Shown here in pieces: positions 9,273 through 17,592 of a stretch of 64,000 nt of DNA (position 1 is its first letter; each line of letters begins with the position of its first letter). The notes below the pieces were generated by a model. The model saw nothing but the letters and a program-made list of their open reading frames with translations, was not told where the DNA came from and did not search any database. The position numbers and the translations under genes were made by a program. The DNA comes from Promethearchaeota archaeon. Lineage in GTDB: Archaea; Asgardarchaeota; Lokiarchaeia; Sigyniarchaeales; SOKP01. The DNA is taken from contig JBHLMP010000006.1 of the NCBI GenBank assembly GCA_048938025.1, positions 23,316 to 87,315 of the forward strand. Direction: 5' to 3'.

Positions 9273-9986
9273 ATGAAGAATATGCATAAATTTGTAAAAG
9301 TAGGATTTACAAACTGCTATCTATTAGAATGTAATTCTGGATATCTACTGATCGATACTGGATATCCACATCATTATGAGAAATTTGTATCCAAACTAAA
9401 AAGAAAGTATAATATTCATATAACTGAAATAAGATATTTGCTTTTAACTCATCATCATGATGATCATGCTGGATTTGCAGCAGAATTACTGAAAAACTCT
9501 AAAGCAAAATTGTTACTCCATGAAAAAGCTCTGAAAAGATTAGAATTAGGAACCACTGAAGAAGAAGGCAAACCAGTTAATTTTAGACTTAAAATTGTTC
9601 TTAAAATATTTAGTATATTTCACGAGTTTTCCTATCCTCCTATTATCACTTCTAAAAATCACATAATTTTAAAAGACTTTGAAGTCAATAAGGATCTTCT
9701 AAGAAATATTGGAATAGATGGAACTATTCTTTATACACCTGGACACACCAAAGATGGAATTTCAGTAATCTTAAAAGATGGTTCCGTCTTTCCAGGAGAT
9801 AATACTATGAATTCATGGTATTTTAATATATTTGGAATAAAAAAAAGACCTATTTATATCCAAGATATCGGGTTAATTTTCAATAGTTGGAAGAGATATA
9901 TCGAATTTGGTGGAAAATTTGTATATCCAGCACATGGTAAACCTTTTGACATTAAATATCTAATAAAATATCTTAAAGAAAACTAG
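9273..9986 (+). CDS. MBL-fold metallo-hydrolase
   Basis: HxHxDH motif (LLTHHHDDHAG) and downstream TPGHT histidine. Confidence 0.8.
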   Translation: MKNMHKFVKVGFTNCYLLECNSGYLLIDTGYPHHYEKFVSKLKRKYNIHITEIRYLLLTHHHDDHAGFAAELLKNSKAKLLLHEKALKRLELGTTEEEGKPVNFRLKIVLKIFSIFHEFSYPPIITSKNHIILKDFEVNKDLLRNIGIDGTILYTPGHTKDGISVILKDGSVFPGDNTMNSWYFNIFGIKKRPIYIQDIGLIFNSWKRYIEFGGKFVYPAHGKPFDIKYLIKYLKEN

Positions 9987-10089
9987 GTTTTATTTTTGGA
10001 TTTTAGCAAAACCTTATTACAAAAGAATACATACAATTCTTAATTGTTGCATTTTTAGCAAATGTACACAATTGTTTTAGGTTTTATCA

Positions 10090-10350
10090 ATGGCAAAAGC
10101 AAAAGGAACAGTAAAATGGTTTAATAGTAAAAAAGGCTATGGCTTTATTACTCCTGATGATGGTTCGAGTGATTTATTTGTTCACTATTCCACTATTCAA
10201 GCCGAAAGTGGCGATTTTAAGATAATTTATGAAGGGGATATAGTAGAATATGAAGTCACTCAAGGACAGAAAGGGCCACAAGCCAGCAATGTCGTAGTTA
10301 TTGAAAAAGGACCTCGACAGAGTTTTCATGGCCGGAAATCTTTTTATTAA
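10090..10350 (+). CDS. csp: Cold-shock domain protein (CspA family) with short basic C-terminal tail
   Basis: [15 protein letters not shown] (RNP1) and DLFVHY (RNP2). Confidence 0.9.
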   Translation: MAKAKGTVKWFNSKKGYGFITPDDGSSDLFVHYSTIQAESGDFKIIYEGDIVEYEVTQGQKGPQASNVVVIEKGPRQSFHGRKSFY

Positions 10351-10475
10351 TAAAATAGTTTATTAATTAAGAAAGAGAATAGGTAATAAAAATAAGGAAT
10401 TTTGGAAGATAGTAAATATGTGAGGAAAGATTTGTTAATTTCTTTTTAATATTTCTCTACGTCTGACAGGTTCCC

Positions 10476-10495
10476 TTTTTTTTTTTTATTTTTTT
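10476..10495 (+). terminator. T12-A-T7 tract downstream of csp
   Basis: Read directly. Lies ~125 nt after the csp stop, so the assignment to csp is tentative. Confidence 0.3.
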
Positions 10496-10567
10496 AACGC
10501 TCTAAATTGAAGCTAAGTAATAAAATTATTAAGAATAGTAGTGATTTATAATTAAAAATCATGATTT

Positions 10568-11242
10568 TTGTATAAAATGAGCCAGTTGAATGAGAATAAG
10601 ACATGGACGAGAGAACGAGTTGAAAGATATATCCAATCAACGGAGAAATTAATTAATTATAGATATAAACCATTTGCCAAGCAAGTACTGGATTCTATAA
10701 ATGAGTTTGGTATAGAAGGGATTCCAAAAATTTTAGATATTGGATGTGGGCCAGGCATTCTCTTATTTGAAATTAAGAAAATTATTCCTGACGTAAAGTT
10801 AGTTGGGGTTGATTCCTCAGAACAAATGTTAAATTTTGCCAAAGAGAAAGCAGAACACAATAATATTGATGAGCTTGAACTATTGAAAGGTTTGGCTGAA
10901 GATATTCCATTACCAAATGATGATATAGAGGTGGTTGTATGCCTAAATTGTCTTCATGATTTTAAGGATGCGAAACAGACAATAGAACAAGTATACCGAG
11001 TATTGCGGAGTGGAGGGATTTTTATTTTGAAAGATAAAAATGGTGCTTATCCTCGATGGAAAATGCGTTTACATTTTATTCCATTAATTCTTAGGACAGG
11101 TTTAAAGAGAGCTCGGGCTTATTTAAGAAGCGAGCCATTTTGGCTTGAACCGCATCAAGTATATGATTGGATGAGCCAATTAGGGTTTCAAGAGATTAGT
11201 GTTTCAAATAAACCTGATTATGTTATTATAGGAAAAAAATGA
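10568..11242 (+). CDS. Class I SAM-dependent methyltransferase
   Basis: Motif I LDIGCGPGIL, GVDSSEQM, LRSGGIFIL. The ATG at 10577 is a more likely start than the TTG at 10568. Confidence 0.75.
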   Translation: MYKMSQLNENKTWTRERVERYIQSTEKLINYRYKPFAKQVLDSINEFGIEGIPKILDIGCGPGILLFEIKKIIPDVKLVGVDSSEQMLNFAKEKAEHNNIDELELLKGLAEDIPLPNDDIEVVVCLNCLHDFKDAKQTIEQVYRVLRSGGIFILKDKNGAYPRWKMRLHFIPLILRTGLKRARAYLRSEPFWLEPHQVYDWMSQLGFQEISVSNKPDYVIIGKK

Positions 11243-11244
11243 GT

Positions 11245-11715
11245 TTACAGTTTTAACTCAAAAAATTTAGCACCCTCATAAGGATTATAACGATAAGGAT
11301 CTATTTCTTCAAATCCTAAAGAAAGATATAAGGTTATTGCTTCTTTCATAAATGGAAGTGTGTCTAAACGCATATGTGTATATCCCAATTTCCGAGCAGT
11401 ATTAAATATTTGTTTTGCTAACGCTTTTCCTATGCCTTTTCCTCGATATCTTAATCGAACATAGAGCCTTTTCATCTCACAGATGCCTTCATCAAAATTT
11501 CTTAGAGCTACACATCCTGCTAATTTATTTTTATAAAATGCTAAGAGAAGAGATCCCTCTGGTAATGAATAATCACCAGGTAAGGATTCTAGTTCCTCAT
11601 TAAAATTTTGAAATTCTAAATCTATGTTTAAGTAGTTAGCATATTCTTTAAATAGCTCGGATGCTTGTTCTATTCGTTCTTTAGATGTTACCTGTTTAAT
11701 CTCTAGCATGAGCAT
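11245..11715 (-). CDS. GNAT-family N-acetyltransferase
   Basis: Acetyl-CoA motif A RYRGKGIGKALAK. About 155 aa, a typical size. Confidence 0.8.
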   Translation of the reverse strand: MLMLEIKQVTSKERIEQASELFKEYANYLNIDLEFQNFNEELESLPGDYSLPEGSLLLAFYKNKLAGCVALRNFDEGICEMKRLYVRLRYRGKGIGKALAKQIFNTARKLGYTHMRLDTLPFMKEAITLYLSLGFEEIDPYRYNPYEGAKFFELKL

Positions 11716-11833
11716 CTAAGAAGAACATTTCTGTATAGTTTAAAAATAATTTGAATTTTGATCAAAGAATTTATATAAGATTTAAAAGTATTTTTCTTAA
11801 ATTAAATATAAACAATAGAGGTAGAAATAAAGA

Positions 11834-12286
11834 ATGGTAAAAGTAAAATATGGAACTCAAGAGTTTGCGGATGCTTATCGTGATGCCCTAAATAAAAATG
11901 AGAATTACAAGGACGCTGCTGCCGATTGGGAAGGTGACTTTGTCTGGGTAGCCACTCCAAGCGGAAATTTAGACCATGAACAGAGAATGTGGATTGGACT
12001 TTATCATGGTAAATGTACAGGTTGTAAAGCATTGGATCCAGATGATAAAGTAAGACTTTTACAACCAGGAGAAAAACCGAGTGGAGAAGGGTATGAAGTT
12101 GAATATATATACACTACTGATTATGAAACATGGAAAAAAATCACTATTGGTGAAGCAGATTCTATTAGAATGATGTTAAGTGGAAAAGCAAAACTCGAAG
12201 GAGATATGGCTAAAGTTATGAAATATACTAGAGCAGCTGCTGAACTTACAGTTTCTGCTCAACAACTTGATATAGAATGGCTTTAA
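11834..12286 (+). CDS. SCP2 (sterol carrier protein 2)-like domain protein
   Basis: C-terminal MMLSGKAKLEGDMAKVMKY is the characteristic SCP2 helix motif. Confidence 0.65.
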   Translation: MVKVKYGTQEFADAYRDALNKNENYKDAAADWEGDFVWVATPSGNLDHEQRMWIGLYHGKCTGCKALDPDDKVRLLQPGEKPSGEGYEVEYIYTTDYETWKKITIGEADSIRMMLSGKAKLEGDMAKVMKYTRAAAELTVSAQQLDIEWL

Positions 12287-12381
12287 AAAATAAATAGGGA
12301 AGTTGATAAATATAAAGATTTTTAAAAAGAAACGTTGAACTAATAATATTTAAATTCAAATTCAATTTAAATAAAAAATAA

Positions 12382-12906
12382 GTGAGAAATTTGGCTACTA
12401 CAAAAGGTAAACTTACTCTTTTTTCCATCATATATATAATTGTAGGATTCTTACATATACTAATTCCCGTATGGGGTGTTGTTCTTGAGGAACCATTTAA
12501 TTATGCAGAGTTTTATTGGTATTGGGGATTCTACTTTCATGCTAGTGAGGGAAACTTCGATACAGGGACCATTGGTAATGAAGGTATCCTATTTGCTGGT
12601 AGAACTGCTATGATAATGATGATAATTTGCTTTATAATCCTACTAATAACTTTTATTTTAGCTAGAACATTAGACATTTTTAAAACTGAGAAAAATCTAA
12701 GTCTTTTTGGAGTTATATGGCTCATAATGGGCATTTTACTATTAATTGCTCCATCTATATATGTTGCAGAAGTAAGTGATGACATATTTCATGATTATGT
12801 TTGGGGAGTCGGAATATATTTTTCATATATTCTAGCAATTGTGCCTTTATTACTAGGAATACTTATTCTCTATATGAAATCGAAAGGACAAAAAATTGGG
12901 ACTTAA
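12382..12906 (+). CDS. Hypothetical membrane protein
   Basis: 174 aa with 4-5 hydrophobic segments. GTG start. Followed by a hairpin plus T-run. Confidence 0.5.
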   Translation: MRNLATTKGKLTLFSIIYIIVGFLHILIPVWGVVLEEPFNYAEFYWYWGFYFHASEGNFDTGTIGNEGILFAGRTAMIMMIICFIILLITFILARTLDIFKTEKNLSLFGVIWLIMGILLLIAPSIYVAEVSDDIFHDYVWGVGIYFSYILAIVPLLLGILILYMKSKGQKIGT

Positions 12907-12920
12907 TTCATGTAAATAGT

Positions 12921-12951
12921 ATCTTAATGGAGTTAAGATAATTTTTTTTTT
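12921..12951 (+). terminator. Hairpin (ATCTTAA-N5-TTAAGAT) followed by a T10 run
   Basis: Read directly. Begins 15 nt after the stop of 12382-12906. Confidence 0.5.
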
Positions 12952-12991
12952 ATCTCTTTTTATTTTTTTTTAAATAACAAAAGATATCTAC

Positions 12992-14242
12992 TTATCGCCA
13001 TTCAGTACCACAATGACCGCATTTATATTTATGACCATAAACTCGTGGATATGCAAATATTATATGAGTTTTATCAATTATTTCCCGAATGAGATCTTTG
13101 TTAGCATTTCCACATTTAGGACATCTACGCCTTCCCTCAGAACTTCCCTCTAAAATTATTTGTCCTTCTTTTTCTAGTTCAGGAGAGATGATTGATTTCA
13201 ATTCTTCTACCAAAGAATAAGAAGAAATAGCCTGTTCTGTTTCCTCAACATTTAGCTCTTGGGTATCTATTGTAATCTTTTCTTCCATCTTTAATGCAGG
13301 TTCCATTAATTGTTCAGTCTCAACTTTTAAAGGTTTTTGAGAGGGGACCTTAAGTTCTTCATGAGGTTGAGGAATTGCTACTTCCACTACTTTTTTACCT
13401 TTTTCTTTAAACCTTTTATTTTCATCCTCGAGAGCGACTACTTGTTCTTGTAAAATAGCGATTTCTTTTTCTAATTGTGCAATATCCGGTTTTTGCATCT
13501 TTAAAAAGTCAATGTTATTTCTTAATAAATTGGTTTCGTTTACCAATTCATGGATTTTTTCATTTTTATTAAGAATTAAATTTTCTAATCTATTAACTTC
13601 TTCCATCAAGTTTGCTATAGTATTACGAGTACTCTCAATGAACTCAACATCAGGTTTTTCTTTCTCTTTGAGTATCCTATTATTATCCTCTAATTCAGCA
13701 ATCATTGCTTCTAAATCTATAACTTCTTCCTCTAATTGTGCAATTGTAGCCAACTCAGTTTTTAAATCTCGGATATTATTTTTTAACACTCTATTTTCAT
13801 GTTCTAATTCAGAAGCTTGATTTTTTAATGGTTCAAGATTTTTCTCTAATCTATGGTACTCTTCTGTTAAATTTTCGATTTTTTTAGTATACTCTTTTAA
13901 AATCAGGGGATCCACTGTTTCACCTAAATTTTCTTTTTGTTTCGAAAATTCAAGATTTAAATTTTCAATTTTTTTTTGTAAAATTTCACTTTCATAATCT
14001 TTCTGAGCTAACTCTTTTCGCTGTGAAGAAACCATATTTTTTAAAATTGTAATTTCTTCTGATTCATTTAAACTATCGGCGGTAACTTTGCCACTTAATA
14101 AGGTTCGTGAATTCTGTTCTTCTAATTGAGCATTTAACCTATTAATCTCATTATTCAATTTTTCTATAATCTTTTCCAATTCTGCTCTGTTCCTTTCTTC
14201 TTCTTCAGCTTTATCAATTAAATCCTTTAAATTTTCGCTCAT
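12992..14242 (-). CDS. Long coiled-coil protein with C-terminal CxxC...CxxC zinc ribbon
   Basis: About 290 aa of heptad-rich E/K/L/N sequence with an internal ~52-aa duplication. C-terminus CPKCGN...CGHCG. Confidence 0.6.
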   Translation of the reverse strand: MSENLKDLIDKAEEEERNRAELEKIIEKLNNEINRLNAQLEEQNSRTLLSGKVTADSLNESEEITILKNMVSSQRKELAQKDYESEILQKKIENLNLEFSKQKENLGETVDPLILKEYTKKIENLTEEYHRLEKNLEPLKNQASELEHENRVLKNNIRDLKTELATIAQLEEEVIDLEAMIAELEDNNRILKEKEKPDVEFIESTRNTIANLMEEVNRLENLILNKNEKIHELVNETNLLRNNIDFLKMQKPDIAQLEKEIAILQEQVVALEDENKRFKEKGKKVVEVAIPQPHEELKVPSQKPLKVETEQLMEPALKMEEKITIDTQELNVEETEQAISSYSLVEELKSIISPELEKEGQIILEGSSEGRRRCPKCGNANKDLIREIIDKTHIIFAYPRVYGHKYKCGHCGTEWR

Positions 14243-14405
14243 CGTATTAAAATTTCCATAATTTTATTTAAACATTTCCAATTTTCTAGAAAGATAATGA
14301 AGTTCTAATTAAAAAATTTAAGGAGACTAGATTAAGAATAAAATAATATGAGCATTGCAGAAATCTAAAAAATAATTAATTAAATGTCATATTAATTTGG
14401 ATATC

Positions 14406-14441
14406 AAAGCTTTATAAATAATTAATTAAAGCTTTATAAAT
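14406..14441. promoter_or_regulatory. Tandem 14-bp direct repeat AAAGCTTTATAAAT (BRE/TATA-like), 22-bp period
   Basis: Copies at 14406-14419 and 14428-14441, in the divergent region between 12992-14242 (-) and 14518-15105 (+). Confidence 0.4.
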
Positions 14442-14517
14442 GTTTGAATATTTACTACTCTTACTTTAAGGTTAAATCTTACAATAAAAATAAAAAAATA
14501 AATGAAGGGTAATTAAA

Positions 14518-15105
14518 ATGGAAGATGTAAGTGATGAAATTTTCTGGAAAAATATAATTAAACAGTATTGGAAAATATTCGTCATTTGTATAATCGCAGT
14601 AATCGTATGTGCTATAGGAGTACTTCTAGTCCTTGTTTGGTTTATAGAAACCTCTACTCTTGGGGGGCAAGGTGAATGGACTTTTAATCAGTGGACATTA
14701 AATTATGTTGTTGGCTTTATGATTTTGATAATTCTTTGGGAGTTATTACTTGTAGGAGTTCCAGCAGCCCTATTTTTTGGTGTAGGGGGATATCTATGGT
14801 GGAAGAAATTACCTGATGAAGAAAAACAAGTATTCAAAGGAAGAGAAAAGAGGGAAAAGAAAAAATACAAACATTCAAAAAACTGGGGTGGCGGTGGAGG
14901 ATTTAATATATTTATGTTTATAGCCTACTGTATCGTTATCGCGATTGATGGAAACTATAATACTAGATTTGGACAATTAGATTACAGCTATTTCATTTAT
15001 GCTTGGTTTTTTACTATTATGTGGCTTTTGATAATTTTTGGCATTCCTGTGGTTATTATACTTTTGATTGTTTATTTTAAAGTATGGAGAAAAAAATTAG
15101 AGTAA
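14518..15105 (+). CDS. Hypothetical 4-TM membrane protein with basic loop and Gly5 tract
   Basis: Hydrophobic segments flank KGREKREKKKYKHSKNWGGGGG. A T-run follows the stop. Confidence 0.5.
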   Translation: MEDVSDEIFWKNIIKQYWKIFVICIIAVIVCAIGVLLVLVWFIETSTLGGQGEWTFNQWTLNYVVGFMILIILWELLLVGVPAALFFGVGGYLWWKKLPDEEKQVFKGREKREKKKYKHSKNWGGGGGFNIFMFIAYCIVIAIDGNYNTRFGQLDYSYFIYAWFFTIMWLLIIFGIPVVIILLIVYFKVWRKKLE

Positions 15106-15107
15106 AA

Positions 15108-15130
15108 TTTTTTTTATTATTATTTTTTTT
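15108..15130 (+). terminator. Oligo-T tracts (T8...T8) after the stop codon
   Basis: Starts 3 nt after the TAA of 14518-15105. Archaeal terminators are oligo-T signals. Confidence 0.45.
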
Positions 15131-15168
15131 GCATAAAACCTCTTAAATTCAAGAAAAAAAGATATAAA

Positions 15169-17445
15169 TTATTCTTTAGGTTGAAAGACTTTTTTCTTTA
15201 TCAAATTAAGGATTGTTTCAGCCTCTTTTGCATCAAAACCCTTTCTTATTGATAATAGACTAGTAACAGTAAAATAATCCTTGTTTTGCTTTTTCATAAT
15301 CACTTTAGCTCGACTTGCCATGGATTTTTCATCCGACTTAAGTTTAATATCTCGTTTAATTATTTCTAATGGATATATTAAAGCTGTTTGTAAATGTTGT
15401 TCAAGTAATTCACCGATTCCTTTAAGTGGTGTTATATTTCCATTAAAGCTTTCAATTATATTACCATATCTTTTATTAATATCATAAGATAAAGCTCTAA
15501 TTGATTCTAAAAAGTCATGTGAAGGATTTTCTTTCATAATAAGCAAAATTCTAAAAGTCTTAAATTCTGACATTAAGATTTTTGAATCGTGATATTCCAA
15601 TTTTATTGTCTGAGATTGTTCACTAGCTCCAGTTAATTCAATACCAAAGCTACGAATTGCTTCAAGAAATCCAGCAATTAATGAAGCATCAATAGATTTA
15701 CCAGCATAAATCTGCTCGTATATATTTAACCCAGATTTCTTATGTGTAATAATCAAATAATCTAAATTTAAAACATCCATATATTTATTAAAAATACTCT
15801 GTCTGTATACCTCATGTTTTCTCTTAGAGATTTTAACAAGTTTATATGTGGTAAAACTAGCAATAGATAAAATTGCTACAGCAGATACTATTATAACAAT
15901 TAGCATCGGATCTAAGACAAAAGGAATACTTACTTTAAATTCTTGAGTAATAACACCTGCATCCGTAGCATTATTCCAGAAAATGTAAGCCTTATAAATC
16001 CCTTCATTAGGACTAGATGGAAGTTGATAACTCAGTATGAGATCTTCTGTTCCGATTGAATCTATTATATAAACTTCATCTGGCTGAGCGGGATAACCTA
16101 ATGAATTAATTAACCTAAAAGTAATATTTCCTGGAGGAATTGGAGACAGAACAGAAAATTGTATTTCTTGACCTGCTCCAAACTTTGTTTTTTGTACATT
16201 TAAAGGAAGTTGTATATTTGGAGAATTTGCTGTTATTCTCCAGTCCGATCCCTCTATTATTGTATTATTCTGAAGAAATATAAAGTGATTTATTGGATCT
16301 TTTATAACATCTATGGTAATATTTTCCCATCCAAAACCTATATCTCTATATATAGTTAAATTATACCAATTGTTTGGATATATAAATTTAATAGAATAGT
16401 TACTATAACATCTATCAAACTGTTGAGTCATTATCCAAGTATTTTTCAAATTCTCTTTAATTAATAATTCCCACTCCGTATCAAGAATATTTTGAAGTTT
16501 TATATGATAACTTAAATTGAATAATAACTCAGAGACTCGATTATTTACTATTGGTATATTATATATTTCAGATAAAGGAGAAATATCTTTACTGATATTT
16601 AATTGACCTGTTTCAGGTTCTGTTCCATTTAAGATGGGATAATAAATACCATCAATAATTGCACTCATATTAATTTCCTCTGGATCAAAAGATTTATCTA
16701 CTCTTTGAATTAATTTATATAATAAAGGTTCTCCCTTAGCTTCCCAGTTCCATTTTGCTCCGTCATGTTTTGCTGTATTCAAATTAGCATTAATAGATCC
16801 ACTATCATTGTAATACCAATTATATGCTGTTCTATCACCAGGAATATTCATTTCAGTTCCATTCATTACCAAATAATATTGACCACTTGAAAGTGATATT
16901 GGATTTTCGAAAGTTTGGATATACCAATCAAAATTATTAGTCATATTTATTGGTACCGTTCCATAAATATTATCATCTGGTATGTTTTCTGCACCATTAT
17001 ATCCTTGTATTTGTATATATGCTGGAATTGATGGATCTTCACCACTACGAACTCCATATATATATACTCCAAAAATATCTGTAGGTACGGTAATATTAAT
17101 TTGCACACCATATCCATATTCACCCTTAAAACCGACTGTTTTGGTTTCATCTCCCTCTTCTTCAATTGTTATAATTTCTTTTCCTAACTTTATATCAGTA
17201 AAATTAAGCTCCATATTTGTAATGTTCCAAGTTGCTGATGGTAAAGGAATATTTATTGAACTTATGTCTATACTTATATTTATATTATCTGAATATTCAA
17301 TCATAGGGACGTTTGAATTTATCTCAAGTGATTCATCATTATTTTGAGCATTAACAAAATTGGTGATATAAATTAAACTTACTAAGAAAAGAGTTATGAT
17401 TGTGAATCCTATTATATAAGATCTTGATTTATATACCTCTTTCAA
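15169..17445 (-). CDS. Single-pass membrane protein: sequon-rich ectodomain, TM helix, cytosolic longin/roadblock-like plus winged-helix-like tail (paralog A)
   Basis: N-terminal signal/anchor, about 490-aa ectodomain with many NxS/T sequons, and TM helix LDPMLIVIIVSAVAILSIASF. The 224-aa cytosolic tail (nt 15172-15843) contains LDYLIITHKKSGLNIYEQ...LIAGFLEAIRSFGIEL...IKLEYHDSKILMSEF. Confidence 0.6.
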   Translation of the reverse strand: MKEVYKSRSYIIGFTIITLFLVSLIYITNFVNAQNNDESLEINSNVPMIEYSDNINISIDISSINIPLPSATWNITNMELNFTDIKLGKEIITIEEEGDETKTVGFKGEYGYGVQINITVPTDIFGVYIYGVRSGEDPSIPAYIQIQGYNGAENIPDDNIYGTVPINMTNNFDWYIQTFENPISLSSGQYYLVMNGTEMNIPGDRTAYNWYYNDSGSINANLNTAKHDGAKWNWEAKGEPLLYKLIQRVDKSFDPEEINMSAIIDGIYYPILNGTEPETGQLNISKDISPLSEIYNIPIVNNRVSELLFNLSYHIKLQNILDTEWELLIKENLKNTWIMTQQFDRCYSNYSIKFIYPNNWYNLTIYRDIGFGWENITIDVIKDPINHFIFLQNNTIIEGSDWRITANSPNIQLPLNVQKTKFGAGQEIQFSVLSPIPPGNITFRLINSLGYPAQPDEVYIIDSIGTEDLILSYQLPSSPNEGIYKAYIFWNNATDAGVITQEFKVSIPFVLDPMLIVIIVSAVAILSIASFTTYKLVKISKRKHEVYRQSIFNKYMDVLNLDYLIITHKKSGLNIYEQIYAGKSIDASLIAGFLEAIRSFGIELTGASEQSQTIKLEYHDSKILMSEFKTFRILLIMKENPSHDFLESIRALSYDINKRYGNIIESFNGNITPLKGIGELLEQHLQTALIYPLEIIKRDIKLKSDEKSMASRAKVIMKKQNKDYFTVTSLLSIRKGFDAKEAETILNLIKKKVFQPKE

Positions 17446-17592
17446 ATATAAACCCCCGAAATATTAAAATCAAACTAAAATGCTTAAGAATATAGTCTCA
17501 ATTAGTCTATTTAAATTTTGATTTTATTGCTTATAGGATTCATAAATAATAATTAATAAGTATTCAAAATTAAAGATTTGAAGAATTTAAGA

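Noticed and set aside
13512-13820. Antisense or shadow ORFs in the six-frame track. Examples: 1212-1439, 3172-3357, 13512-13820, 16982-17347, 18542-18817, 24111-24398, 31674-32054, 41939-42238, 45196-45435, 50969-51226, 54349-55072 (three ORFs), 63439-63783.
   Set aside because: All lie inside or opposite much longer ORFs with recognisable domains. Their sequences are low-complexity, Ser/Leu/Ile/Phe-rich translations typical of the antisense strand of AT-rich genes.
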